A DNA stretch of 64,000 nt from Eledone cirrhosa (Eukaryota). The stretch lies in the NCBI GenBank assembly GCA_964016885.1, contig OZ024741.1:149172001-149236000 (forward strand), given 5' to 3'. The position numbers and the translations under genes are program-made. Shown piece after piece: positions 1 through 13,481 of this stretch (positions within the stretch are counted from its first letter, which is position 1; each line of letters opens with the position of its first letter). The notes beneath the pieces are model-generated. The model had not been told where the DNA came from. It worked only from the letters and a program-made list of their open reading frames with translations, and did no database searches.

Positions 1-28
1 ATCTCAGGAATTTTACCCGCCCTAGAAA
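1..28 (+). mobile_element. 3' tail of RTE-clade LINE
   Basis: atctcaggaattttacccgccctagaaa matches the 3' end of the RTE fragments at 50255-50335 (+) and 55186-55575 (-); followed by (TA)n. Confidence 0.55.
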
Positions 29-42
29 TATATATATGTATG

Positions 43-101
<59 letters not shown>

Positions 102-361
102 CAAAATGAGCCAGCGTTGTAGTTTTAACTCCCGGTTATATGAAACGCATAGACGTTGCAAGGACCTACTTCCACCGACTCGGAAACGAAGAACGGCCCG
201 ATTACTGCCGAGAAAGTAAACGGGAATTGTTGAGTTAGGAAGAGTAAGTCAGGCGAGCGCTGACGAACAAGAAAACTAGTATTACTGAGCAAAATGGCGA
301 GACATGATATGTGTGCTTTGGAGCGTGGAGGTGAGACATAAGACAAGAATAACAAAGAAAT

Positions 362-655
362 AAGTTGGGTATTGTTGGATAATTGTTAAGACTATTATTT
401 AGTCGGGTATGTTGGGTAAATGATAAGGTTAAACTATTGTTTAATTGGGTAAGTGTTAAGACTATTGTTTAGTTGGATACTGTTGGGTAAGTGTTAAGAC
501 TATTATTTAGTTGGATATAGTTGGGTAAGTGTTAAGACTATTATTTAGTTGGGTAAATGTTAGGACTATGACTTAGTTGGGCACTTTTGGGTAAGAGTTA
601 AGTCAATGACTTAGCTGGATACTGTTGGGTAAGAGTTAAGGCTATTGTTTAATTT
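362..655. repeat. Degenerate minisatellite (about 20-40 bp units)
   Basis: Recurrent gttgggtaagtgttaagactatt(a/g)tttagttgg units. Confidence 0.75.
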
Positions 656-1235
656 CCGTTCACATTTCGAACGATTTCATTTTAGTAACGTCTCCAGTGC
701 TCTTGGGAAACATCTATATATGTTAATATGCGGTTTCTTTTATCATTAGACAATTGCAGGAAAGACGAAATGATTATATGTTAATCACATATTAATCTTC
801 AGGCGTCATTTTCGCCATAAAAAAAACCTACAAAAACTGTTGAATTTTCGTCGCCCCGCGATTCTTGTTCGATGAAATTGTTTTAGTTTTAACGCACAGT
901 CTTGGATCATGTCACTTGTCAGACAAGTACAACTCGGAAACTTAATCCTTCATTGCCCCAATCCACCTACTGGGCTTGGCTAGGAAAATTACCGTTGATA
1001 GGATACCTTCCTGTCCCAGTGAACATTTAATTTTACAGAATCTGGAATTTAAGCAATAGCTGTATAAATATTTGATTCGCGAAAGAATTGACTCTCTTTT
1101 GTTTATCTTAAATTATATGAATTTGAATTTCTTAATATTTTATTAGACAAAACTGCTAAAGTACATTTGAACTATCGATGATGCGTAAGTCGATAGCTTG
1201 TACATATCCTTTATAAGTTTCTCTGTTGATGCACC

Positions 1236-1590
1236 ATAGCCGAATGGCTAAGAGGTTCACTTCACAATCATTAAGTTCAGAGTTCGATCCCACTGCAGGG
1301 CACCTCGGACAAGTATCATTTACCATAGCTTTGGGTTGACACATGGGAGTGAAATTAGGTAGACAGAAACTGTTTTGAACCTCGTTGGATGAACTGTATC
1401 TGTAATCGAAAAGGTCAACCTTGTCACACACTTTGTCGGGTTGAATCTCCCTGAGAATTACATTAAGGGTATACGTGCCTGGAGAATGCTCAGCCACTAA
1501 GACATTTATTTCATGAGCAGACTGCTCCGTAGACCAAACAACTGGAACAGTCATCGTCGAAACCAACGGAGGTCGTTCGATCAATCTTGT
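1236..1590 (+). mobile_element. tRNA-derived SINE, family B (CORE-like centre, long tail)
   Basis: Pol III A/B-box-like head (tggctaagagg...gttcgatccc), ggcacctcggacaagt core, tail shared with 3490, 18050, 18315, 24840 and 26915. Confidence 0.7.
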
Positions 1591-1720
1591 AAGTTGCTCT
1601 TCTATTCTATGTTTACTTATTTCTGAAGCCAAGAGAATCAATCTCATCCAGTTGACAAATGTAGTTAAAATACACAGTTTTGAGCTGTTCAAATTGTTTA
1701 TCGTGTAAAATACCAGTCAG

Positions 1721-1775
<55 letters not shown>

Positions 1776-1923
1776 CGCACACTCTCTCTCTCTCTCTCTC
1801 TCTCTCATTCTCTCTCAAACGCACACTCATCTTTATCTCTCTCTGTTTCTCACTCTCTCTTTGTGGCTATGTAACATGTAAAATACCAAAATACCATTCG
1901 GATAGTCTCCCCCCCTCTCTCTC

Positions 1924-1969
<46 letters not shown>

Positions 1970-2358
1970 TCACACACTCTCTCCCTCTCCCACACATACT
2001 CTCATCTCTATCTCTCTCTCTATCTCACTCTCTCTCTCACACACTCTCTGTCACTCTTTCCCACATACACTCTCATCTCTCTCTCTCTCTCTCACTCTCT
2101 CTTTGCGGCTATGTAACGTGTAAAATACCAAAATATCATTCGGATAGTCTCCCCCCCCCCTTTTTATTCCCCCTCTTTCTTACTCTCTCTTTGTAGCTAT
2201 ATAACATGTAAAATAACATTCAGATAGTCACCCTCTTTCTCCCTTCTTTCTCTAAAGCTATGTGACTTAATTATGGTGCATTATTTGCATAAAACTAGTG
2301 TTTTACTATTGTTCCCAGAAATAGAAATATTTTTATTAAGTAAGAATTAATTGATGCT

Positions 2359-2418
<60 letters not shown>

Positions 2419-2860
2419 TAATAACAAAAATAATAAAAGAAACAGCACAGTACATGGAAGAAATATATTAGTTTAACGCTTGAAATAACAAGAAGAGAGT
2501 CTTAACGTTTCGGACACTAGTCATTCATGAGAATATAGAGTTAGAAATAGAAGATAAATAGAAAGTAAAGAGTGATGAGGGGAAGGATGAGAAAAAAACT
2601 GAGGAGGAAAAAAAAAACTGTGCGTATTCAGTCGGCCATCTTGGAGAGTGGCTGGTGAATGGTAATTACGGCGTAAAAGAGATTTACAAAGGGAGATAAC
2701 TAATAGCTCCTCCATGAGAACGACGTTAAGAATGCTCGTGTCTGTGGACTGCTCAGCCACTCACATGTTAATTTCACGTGCATGAAGTCCCGTTAATTGA
2801 ATCACTGGAGCACGTCGGAAAAAACGTAGGTCCAACAACAATATATACAAGTGTGTGTGT

Positions 2861-2892
<32 letters not shown>

Positions 2893-3489
2893 CAATATTC
2901 ATGCTTTAGTTTATGTTTACATTAGTCCTAAACCCTTATTGTTATTTATGCTACTAGAATATTTTTCAACACGCTGACGTGTATGTGTGTGCTTGTGTGT
3001 ATGTGCATTTATATGTATGAGTATATAAATATAAACGCGCAAACACAGACACACTTACAAAAATACACACTCACAGACATACATTTACACAAACACACAC
3101 ACACATTCACACAAACACGCACGCACACACATACATTTACGCAAACATACATATACACATACACTCAGACACAGCGTAGCAAATGGAAACGCCAGCCGCT
3201 GTTTTGCTATAGCTTTTTCACCATCCCTTTCCTTCTTTTTACACACACATACATTCACACAAACACCCACACACACATTCACACACATTGTGAGACGGGC
3301 GGAAGTCGCTCAAATTTATATATAGATACCCGTGACTTAGCGATTCTTCAAACAAAAGTCGATAAAATGAGTACCAGACTTCAGCAAGATTGGAACCCTG
3401 AACGCAATGAATAGTATATAACTAATCGTTACCACAACGCAATTTGTCCGGCGCTCTACCGATTTAGCTAGTCACCGCGCTATTGTTAG

Positions 3490-3830
3490 TAGGCATGGTG
3501 AAGGGTTAAAAAGTTCACTTCACAATCATGAGGTTCAGGGTTCAATCTTACAGCATGGCATCTTGAGAAAGTGTCATTACAACAGACTAGGGTAAAACCT
3601 GGACTTTGGAGTAATATTGGGTCGATGGAAACTACGTGGAAGCCCATCGGATGGATTGTACTTGTAATTCAAACATCCAGCTTTGTCACACATTGAATCA
3701 AGCTGATGCGGTTTGGGAATTACTTTCGGAATACTCAACCACTTCCACGTTAATTCACTAGCTGGTCGTTCACTTGATCAAACAGTTGAATGTTAATCGT
3801 CGAAACCGACGGAAGATTTATCATGTTTTC
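3490..3830 (+). mobile_element. tRNA-derived SINE, family B
   Basis: Colinear similarity to 1236-1590 (cacttcacaatcat...ggttcaatc...cgtcgaaaccgacgga). Confidence 0.7.
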
Positions 3831-4611
3831 AAAGAACGACTTTGGTTTATTCCTTTTATGCAACATTGCTATCTTACAAAGGATCCATCATTAGCATATA
3901 TATGTAGGCTATGCTATGTATTGTAACTTATCAACTGTTCTTCTTTAGAGATCGATCTTTCCCACACTCCAGTATTTAGGTGGAGAAAGTTTAGCCTCTT
4001 GAACTTAAAACGGCTACATACATACATACCCACATACACACTTACATACACACATACATACATATACACATACATTCATATATACATTCATAAACACATA
4101 CATATACCGATACATATACCTACACACACACACAAACATACACACCTACTTACACACACATCCGTATACATAAACGCATACACACACACACACACAAACA
4201 AAAAACATCTCTTCGATACAATTATTATGCAGATCGCTGAAGGATGGCAGGGAAGGAATTGAATAAGATCAATAATTGATGAAGAATCACTTGAACGATT
4301 GACTGGGTCGAAGAAAGAGTTATAGTAAGAAGTTAGTAGCCACAAAAATAACCACGAGTACTTTATGGTTTATTTGTTTGGTTCCTCTGAAGCGCTTCCT
4401 GATAAATGGAGCGTAAACGACCCTTGGAACTCTCGTCGAATAGCAGTGTAGAGTTCCAAGCCTAGCACAATATAATTCTGGACAGAAATTAATCGATAGA
4501 AGATCGAATTTACACACAAAGAAAGAACAATACTTTGAAAGTATTTTCGTTGTTTATGACATGCCTCTTTCTTTTTCTTTTCTTTTAAATAAATAGAATA
4601 ATTTATAACAG

Positions 4612-4775
4612 AGAGGCGGCGAATTGGCAGAGTCGTTAGAACATCGAAGAGAATACTTTGTGTTTTCGTTTTTTTTTTTTGTTCCATCTCTGCATGCTGA
4701 GTTCAATTACCGAAGAAGGATTACTTTTCATCCTTTCAAGGTGATAAAAAAAAAAAACATACCATATCAGTACAG
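4612..4775 (+). mobile_element. tRNA-derived SINE, family A (interrupted)
   Basis: ggcggcgaattggcagagtcgttagaac head, gagttcaa B-box, ttttcatcctttc..ggtgataaaa central domain; appears to resume after about 5372. Confidence 0.7.
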
Positions 4776-4776
4776 G

Positions 4777-5371
4777 TAGGCCCAGATCTAGAATTTGGGG
4801 GACCTGGGGTACTTCAGGTTTGAGGGACCCTCAATCACAGAAAATAAAAAAAAACACAATAGCCTCCCAATTTCAAAGTCGGCCTGGCACATGTAATTCG
4901 AATTGCCAATTTATACATACAGATGTTAAATGAAAAAAATTGACCACCTTTGTTTTAAGTGCGCTTTCCACACTTAAATATATTTAAAAACACACACAAG
5001 CACACATACATACACAAATATATAAATACATTTATAAATACACCAATACACACATGTATACATACACTATATTCTTAGATAAAAGAATCTGACGATCACA
5101 CCCACTTACCTTCTATAACAACCATCTGATGTGGCTAAAGTAGAGAAATAGATGCATTTACCATAGGATTGACAATAAATACTTTTTGTTAAAAGCATTG
5201 TTATGGTGTGTCTAAAAGATAAAGTCAAAACGCCCATCCGGGGGCACGCCTGTGTCAGTCCCAGGACACACCTATTTTACTACGCCCCAACCACCGTCGA
5301 TAAGGCCCCCAGCTGATGGAGGATGGTTCTGGGGCATGTGCCCCGTCAGCCCCGCTATAAATCCGGTCCCG
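4777..5371. mobile_element. Probable non-autonomous DNA transposon nested in a SINE
   Basis: GC-rich ends with weak inverted similarity (ggcccagatcta / taaatccggtcc), AT-rich core, interrupts a family A SINE. Confidence 0.4.
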
Positions 5372-5869
5372 AGTTCAGGAGTTGATTCTTCCTTAATCTC
5401 CCCTCCTCCCTCTCTCTCTCTCTCTCAGAAATTGGCTAAGTTCAGACGTAGAGAGGGGTGAGCTCTGCCAGGTTTAAAATGCCAAAGAAACGCTGTATGT
5501 CATTATGATGTCCCTAGAACTCCACCAAGAGTTACGGGTCCATACATACATGCGTGCAATGTGTTGCTGAGGCAAAACAAACAAACAAAACAACATTTTT
5601 ACATGATCTACTTCAGTGTTTTATATTCCTGAGTTCAAATTCCAGCAAAACTATGTACCTTAGTGTTTATAAAGAAAAATGATGAAGTCGGGTATTTTGT
5701 GTAATTTTTACTTTTTAGTGAAAGATGGAAGGATAATACCCATTAATCTCATTTGGGCCTCGGGGACTGATATGAGGGTGGTAGAAAGGAAGGTATCCGT
5801 AAACTGAAGGCCTGGTCCAAATGCTTCCAAAAGAGAGGACTCTGCTACAGACATTCTAGGGCCAGATGG

Positions 5870-6035
5870 TGATATTAAACCGGTCGACTGATTAAATCGA
5901 CCCAGTACTTGATTGGTACTTTGTTTTATGATGAAATGTTGAAAGGCAAACTGGACATCCGGTGGGATTTAAACTAAGAACGTAAAAAGCCTTAACCAAA
6001 TACCACAATGCATTTTTGTCCAACGCTTTAACGCC
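5870..6035 (-). mobile_element. SINE family A
   Basis: Reverse-complement similarity to 20645-20870 (aatcgacccagtac...tgaaaggcaaa...gggatttaaact). Confidence 0.65.
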
Positions 6036-6059
6036 TGTCTCGTTAGAATATATAACTCA

Positions 6060-6800
6060 GTCTTCACTACATCTAACGCTGCAGTGACTTCATCAAGGAA
6101 GGATCTGTATTCGGACTGTTTGGTTCATAAACTTGCACCACCCAGCCTAAACTTCAAGAGGTAAATCGCCCCTCCTATTGGATGGGGGGAGGGCATATTT
6201 TGATAGCCGGAGGCTTGTGAGTATCCCCACTTCCACCTGTCATTTCTGGCGTCACACCTGAATAGTGGAGTTTCCCACCTCCATCCAAATCTACAGTACC
6301 ACCTATAGAACTTTGTTGACGAAACTCCAACTATATCTAGGCGGTAGCATCTATCTTCCTCCACTAGTCCCTGCCCCCTACCTGTAATGGCTGTGATGTT
6401 CTAGGTTCAAATTGTCATGGTTTGCTCCATTTCGAACCCTTTTGGGGATTTCAGGTTACGCAATATTTGTGCGTCCATCCCATAACTCCTAGGACTGGTC
6501 GAAAGCCCATCGCCAGTTTTTCAGCATGAGATGTAGACTCCAGTATATATTTTCGAACAGGCTCCTCTACCCAAGGCCTGAATACGGCCCTTGTTAACCC
6601 GCGTGAAGGACGATGCAATATGACTGTCTTTGTTGTATCTAGCCATATTGCAAGAATTTTTCGCGCCAGTCACCAGTCTGGTACTTTTCTCAGACCCGCA
6701 AAGACTAGGCTTTTTTGTTAGAGGCGGCCTTTACTCGCCTGATAGTAGTTACATCACTAGGATGTGAGAGTTTCCTTGGGAGCTAAAGGTGTCAGCCATT
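6060..6800 (-). mobile_element. RTE-clade LINE 5' fragment (AP-endonuclease N-terminus, decayed)
   Basis: Minus-strand translation contains YRLDIVGVSSTK, typical of the RTE APE start; frameshifted. Confidence 0.6.
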
Positions 6801-6889
6801 GCTCCATCTTCAGCATTTTGTAATCAGAAGAAGCGGGGTAGGTATAGATGCCAAACTCACTATCCTCAATTCGGTATTCATGCTAAACT

Positions 6890-7220
6890 TTACCTGAGGT
6901 CATAACTCTTTGGTAATGACTGAAAGAATACGATCGCGATGGCAAGCAGCCGAAAGGGGGTTCCGCCGAGGCGTCCTGGGAGTAATGTTACCCGATAGAG
7001 CGCGTAGCTAGAATATCAGAGGCTTGTTTCAGGTAGAGCCCCTACTTCTCCGAATTGAGAGATCACAGCTCCGATACTACGGGTATGTGGTTAGAATATC
7101 TCAGGAAAGAATCGCTGGACAAATTTCACGGGCCATACGAACTGGCAGGAGACTTATGGGTAGATCCCAAGAAGAAGCTTTAACATCTGAGCCAAATCGT
7201 CGCATTGTGGAGCCGGCATA
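6890..7220 (+). mobile_element. RTE-clade LINE 3' fragment
   Basis: QVEPLLLRIERSQLRYYGYVVR...GRR..GR, the RTE C-terminal signature. Confidence 0.75.
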
Positions 7221-7489
7221 ATTACTGTGGGCTGCGAAAACTAAATTCACAAGTCGGTCTATAAGAGGTTCGGTTAGAATGAGAAAGGAGGTGGAGAGAG
7301 AGAGTGAGAAAGTGGAGAGAGAGAGGGGGGGGGGAGAAGGGGGAGAGAGAGGGACGAGCTAGCTTAATAGAAAACAAACACGGAAACTGTTGAAACTGTT
7401 GACTCTGACCAAGGACAAAGGATAATAAGTTTGAAAAAAGTTACAAAACTGCAGTTGTTAAAGCAAAACAACAACAACAACAGCAATAA

Positions 7490-7695
7490 TTCTTAGTATA
7501 GGCACAAGGCCAGTAATTTGGGGGGAGGGGAAAGTCGATTAAATCGACCCCAGTACGTTACTGGTGCTTTATTTTATCAACCCCGTAAGGATGAAAGGCA
7601 AAATTAACCTCGGCGGAATTTGAACTCAGACGGTGAAGGGCCGTAACTCTATGCTGCAAAGCATGATGTCCGATTCTCTACCGATACTGCCAATA
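7490..7695 (-). mobile_element. SINE family A
   Basis: Near-complete reverse complement of 20645-20870; closely similar to 48340-48520. Confidence 0.8.
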
Positions 7696-7699
7696 ATAA

Positions 7700-9350
7700 T
7701 TATTTCATTTATTGGCCACAAGGGCCAACATATAGGGGACAATACAAAATACTGGGACAGTGGCGGTTTACATATAAACGTGTAAACAATATAAAAAACA
7801 ATAACAAAGTAACAAGAAAAATACAAGAGAAAATTTCCCAATAGGGGGGATGACCACCCAGGGTTCACTCAGGTACCCCACCAATCCTGAACGACCCGAC
7901 GATTCGAGAGCACCCGCGAAGGGCACACCTCTCCTCCTCAAATTTACCCACCTACAGGTGCATGATCAGAGTAGGCCCACTCACACGGGTCATTCTCATT
8001 ACATTGACCCACCTTTCAGCAAATGTACTGGGGGGAGGGGGCAGCACTTCTCTCTCCACCCTCACTTTCCTTTCCAAGTGAAACTTGAAGAAGTTGATGA
8101 GGGATTGGCCGAAGAGAAAAGTGTTTGTCTTCAATCCTTTCAACCTCGTCCACCATACAACCTCTTTCGCTACTGCCACCAGACAGAGGAAAATTGCCTG
8201 CCCTTCCTGGCCATAAGAAGGCGGCGGTCGATCTTCACTGTGGACTCGGCCGATAGCCGGATCCGTTCTACACGCGACAACAGCTGTTCGACATAACTCC
8301 ATAAGTCAGTAATGCACGGACACTGGACGAGTGCGTGCAAAACGGTTTCGTCGCTCTGCGCGAATCTCGGGCAAGTCCGCCTGACAGCACTTCCGTGTCT
8401 GTAGAGTTTATCTTGAACCGGCAGTGCTCCCCAGTATCACTGCCAAGCGAGGGATTTTTGGAAATTATCCATCGTCCCCAGCTCGAAAGTCCTCCAGAAC
8501 AGACTGGTTAGTTCGACTCGTCGACGCCCAGAGCCTCTCCGGGTGCGTCGTCGCACTTACCCACCACTAATCCTCTATAGAACTCGAGAGTGGAAGTTCC
8601 ACTGACCGCATTGCCTGCCTGGTAGAGGGCAGTGAGTGCCTGGCAACGTTCCAGATGCCAGATGCCAGTCACCCAGTCTCGGTCTCTTCTTGACCCAGGA
8701 CTGCAGCTCAGTCAAAGAGACGAACTGCGGAAAGGCCCGTCTGACAAACAGCGACCACACTTGTTCACCATTTAAGCAGAATATCTGAAGATGCCGCAGC
8801 CTCAGCGCGTGTCTGCGCATCATTAACCACGGCATGCCCAGCTCTCCACGTAGAGGGTGCTGGCAGCAGATGAACCGCCTCACCGATGGAATCTTCCCCT
8901 TCCACAAAAAGTTGAAGAGCAGGCGTTCTAATTTGGGGAGGTGCTAACGAGGGCAAGGCACGATAGTCAGGTAGTAATAGATGATGGACGCGATATATAC
9001 GTTGGCCAACTCCTCCCGACCTTTCAGAGATAGGTTCCTTACCGTTCCGTCCTGGATGATACGGGATGTTTTTTAGCTGTTCCGGTTTGATTTGGAAAAG
9101 GATTTCCAAATCCATCCTGGACCAGTCCTCTCGGGCAATTTTGGTGACTATCGGTACCCTTCTCGATTACGCACCCTAGGAACCACTACATGTCCAGTTC
9201 TGGTGGGATCCTGGGAATGCGGACTCTCACTGTCGTCCTGCCCATATGAGACGAGTGCATCACAACGTGGTCCGTCCAACAAGGGGCCACCAAATGCTTT
9301 ATAGCAAGGACCTCGGAGTTAAACAGCACTGAAATGGTGCTAAATTGTTT
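7700..9350 (-). mobile_element. L1/Tx1-like non-LTR retrotransposon, 3' part, decayed
   Basis: GC-rich block; minus-strand DETVLHALVQCP (CCHC-type finger) and ORF2-like C-terminus (7952-8302); AATAAA near 7710 on the minus strand. Clade assignment is inference. Confidence 0.6.
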
Positions 9351-9629
9351 GCCCCTTGTTATATATATATATAGTCTATGTCTTCTCGGATGCATTTCAG
9401 TGCAGCCTCCACTTCAACTTGTGGGGTTAATTCCGCTTTGCAAATCTGCGTTGAAATGCATCAATATATAATTGACCTCTGCTGTACTACCTCCATTGCT
9501 TCGGCCTGGATGGTTAGGTTGGCCCAGGTGTTTTATCAGGTTCCATGCCTGGGCCAAACCTTAATCTTTGTCCATCAAATCCATGTTTTTACATGACCAT
9601 TTTTAGCAGCCGCAGCAGTGAATGTACTT

Positions 9630-10170
9630 TTGTTGTTCATTTTGTTGTTGTTGTTGGTGGTGGTGGTGGTGGTGTAGATGGTGATGTTGTAGTTGCTATT
9701 GTTATTGGTGTTGTTTTCCTTGTTGCTGTTGCTGTCATTGTTCACGTTGTTGTTGTAATTGTTATTGGAACTGGTGTTGTTTGTTTTGCTGTTGTTGTTG
9801 TGGTTGCTATTGTAGTTGCTACTGTTGTCGTTACTGCTGTTGTTGTTGTTTTGCCATTGAGAAAAATATTTTACAAACAAAAACTCAAAATAATACTAGT
9901 GCAAAGAAGATTTACAGGTTGTAGTTGTTCCACAACTAGGAAGTTTGACGCTCCCACTCTGATACTAAAGATGGTTTGAAGCAGTTCACAAGGGCAACAA
10001 AGGATTATCAGTGAATAGGACAAACTCTCGTAAACAATACAACTATAACTATATTGTTGCAACAACATTAATGGTGTTGATAGCGTTGTTGTTGGTGGTG
10101 GTGATGGTGGTGGTGGTGGTGATAGTGATGGTGGCGGTGGTGCTGGTGGTAGTGTTGGTGGTGAGGATGA
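9630..10170. repeat. (GTT)n/(GGT)n low-complexity tracts
   Basis: Directly visible trinucleotide repeats. Confidence 0.85.
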
Positions 10171-10439
10171 TCTGTTTATCGCCAGGGCTCTATTTATTCA
10201 TACTCCGCAACACCATCTCCCTCAAAGAAAAGTGTAACAATTGGGCTAGAATACTTGTGGGTAGATACGTATGGAGAGAGATATTTAGATAGGTATAGAA
10301 TAGATTTCACAAAATAAATATACACACACATATATTAATTCATGGTATTAGTAATAGATCAGAGATAAATATATAGATAAGCACAATAATACGTTGAACA
10401 CTTCTTTTTTTTCTTCTTCTTCTTCTTCTTCTTCTTCTT

Positions 10440-11545
10440 TGCCCACTTATTCCCGAGAGGGTCGTGAGGGCAGAGTCCTCAAACACTCCTTCCTCGGCCG
10501 CGTGTATTCGCGGTCGTATTCTTTCGGTCACTACCAAAGATTTATGACCATAGGTAAGGGTTGGCACGAATAGAGAACTGAAGATAGCGAGTTTGGCTTT
10601 CACACCTACCTCGCTTCTTCTGATTACTGAATGCTGCACCAGCTCCAGCAATACTTGCACTTAATTCAGATTCTTGCCTTCCATCATTCGTGAACACGGC
10701 CCCGAGATATTATGGTTTCTCCACCTTCTTCAGTGGAACTCCAATCTTATATAGAGTGCACTGCGCAGGCTTCCACGAGAGGATGAGTGTCACAGTTTTG
10801 GCAGCACTGATTTTCATTCCAGCCATGCAGCATTCGGCATCAAACCTATCAAGTACAAGTCGGAGATCACCTTCGTCGAGTTAAGTAATACATATCATCT
10901 GCAAATTCCAACCGACTGATTTTACACCTGCCAGTCGTGATACCACTTCCACCGCGAAGTGATAATGAACATAATGAACAGGAGAGGTGCAGATCCGATT
11001 CCCACAAAAATACACCTCTTGGCGGTACTCCCACGATTTCTTAAATACCTGCCGCAGTGTGAATATTTGGTTGGCTGTGCTGCGTCCGATGCGAAACCTG
11101 CACTGTTCACCAGCTAGCTTTGACTCGACGATCTCCCTACATCTTTCTCTTTGCCAGACACTTAATATAGATTTAACCGAGGAGGCTTAACAAGGAGTTC
11201 CCTCTATAATTGGAAAAATTTCTCTTGGCTCCCTTTTTAAATTTAGGATTATCACTCTCGATTGACGTTACTTAGGTGCCTTTCCAGAGATTCAGGAGAC
11301 CCGGCACACACGAGTCAACCAGCCAGAGAATACATTCTCTATTTAATGTTTTTACCATCTCCAGCCAAATTTCATCCTCCCTAGCGGCCTTGCCACAATA
11401 GAGCTCTTTAATTGCTCTCTTAACCTCAACCCCCGAGAGATTAGTCATCGCTTCCAGATGCACCTCGTGTACATAAGAAGATGCTGTTGTGATCGGATTT
11501 AGAAGATCAGCAAATTATTCTCTCCATCTCGTGAGTATGCACTTC
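10440..11545 (-). mobile_element. RTE-clade LINE RT fragment, decayed
   Basis: AKLAIFSSLFVPTLTYGH, PLLFIMF and tttgcagatgat (FADD) on the minus strand; (GAA)n tail near 10410-10440; same family as 38700-39390. Confidence 0.8.
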
Positions 11546-12504
11546 GTGGGTTTGAGAAAATACCAGATTGGTAACTGGCGCAAATATGACCACCAAAACT
11601 ACAATATGGTGTGAGGTAAGAAAATAATCATACCACATCGCTCTTCGTACGGGTTAACAAGGGACGCGTTCAAGCCTTATGTAAAGGGGCCTGTTAAAAA
11701 AATATATTCCAGTCTCCATTTCTTGTAAAAGTTGGTGATGGGCCTGCAACTTGTTCTGAGAAGCGTGGCATGGATGCACAAAGATTGCGTATCCCAAGAC
11801 CCCAAAGAGGTTTCGGATGGGAGCAAACATTGACAATGGGAACCTGGAACATCATAACCCTTACAGGTTAGGAGCATGAACTAATGGAGGAGGCTAAATA
11901 CATATATAGATAGATTAACACAGGATAATATAGATAGGCTCTGGACTCCCTTGGTAAATACCATGGTATTTACCAAGGAAGTCCAGAGCCTCTCACTATT
12001 AAAAATTTTGAAAGTCCAACGTATTATAGAAAACATCTTTCGTTGAAATTTGCTCTTTTTGAAACACTCACACGCACACACACGAATATAAAGTTGAACA
12101 ATGAAAACAAATAAGACGAGTTTTTGTGCTGAATTAATCTATTATTTTACGATCGTTTCAAAGAGCAAAATGAACCAGGATATTATCGTTCGTTACATTG
12201 TCTAATCAACAGAAGTTATGCAACTCGATAGTATTAGTCTCAGTAAAATACATCCATTATGCCGTTTATTCTCAGGAACAATTAAGCAGTAAGCTCGTCT
12301 TATTTGCTCAACCATATATATCTGACTCGAGTTTCTTAGATACTCAATGACATGTTTAAGATACTCATTTTCCACAAAAACAAATTTCGCTTTGCTTCGA
12401 TGAGATATTCAAATCTTCACTACAATGAGTTTTAATAGCGTTACAAGTCCTACTTAATTAAGTAAAATATTAATATATATATGTGTGTGTATATGTATAA
12501 GGTG

Positions 12505-12685
12505 TGGTGGAGGCAAAATTGGTAGAGCGATCGGATAAAATGTTATTGTGGTATTTGTTCTGGCTCTTCATATTCTGAGTTCAACTCACGGGGTCGATAA
12601 AATAAAGTATCACTCAAGTAATACGGTTGATGTAATTAACTTTACCCTTTCCCCAAATTTGCTGGCCTTGTGCCTAAATTAGAAT
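12505..12685 (+). mobile_element. SINE family A
   Basis: ggcaaaattggtagagcg head, ctgagttcaa, ggggtcgataaaataaagta, gctggccttgtgcctaaattagaa tail. Confidence 0.75.
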
Positions 12686-12687
12686 TC

Positions 12688-12748
<61 letters not shown>

Positions 12749-13481
12749 GCGCGCGCACACACGCACACACACACACATACACACACACACGCGCGCGCGC
12801 GTCTGTGTGAATGGGTGGATGAGTATCCTCCCTCACTATATATGATGAGCAAATTAATAAAATAGATAAATGTATACCGAGTCGATATCTCTTTAAGGAG
12901 TTTTAATACTATTGTTGCTGTTGTTATTGTTGTTTTTGTTTCATGTTTCTGTTTCAATATAAACTGGACAATAGGATTTCTAATGAGGCTGTGATTTATA
13001 ACAACGGTTTATGAGAATGTTTTAGTAGAATGTACAATGTTATACAAGCGGTGCTCTTATCTAAATGATGAAAACACACACAAACACCATCGCCGCCGAC
13101 TCAAGGGAAGACGATCGATTCCTATCACACGTTCGTATTTTCACAGTAACAAGTTGAAAATCAGTTGGAAAAAGAAAAAAAAAAAGGAAAGAAAATAGAT
13201 AAAAATAGAGATGAAGATAAACAAGAAAAAAAAAACGTTTTTATGGCAAAAGCCAAAATCAATATTTCTTATATTGCTGCTAACGAGTGTATCCATTGCA
13301 GTTCAGCAGTGTAGTAGTGGTACTTACCTTATACCGTCGTGTCTAAACATCATTTTAATATGTCGAATACCTCTGGTTTAGGGGTGGCGTTTGATTAGGG
13401 AGATTGTAGGGATAGAGAAGGGAGCATCATGTTATCGTCTGCTCCTCCAATTCCATTTAATCCAGCATCACATCATTCGAT

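Noticed and set aside
1156-1692. 178-aa minus-strand ORF (and similar 24820-25017)
   Set aside because: Antisense reading of a family B SINE; no protein motifs.
9545-10292. Val-rich and Asn-rich ORFs resembling membrane or low-complexity proteins
   Set aside because: Products of (GTT)n/(GGT)n microsatellites.
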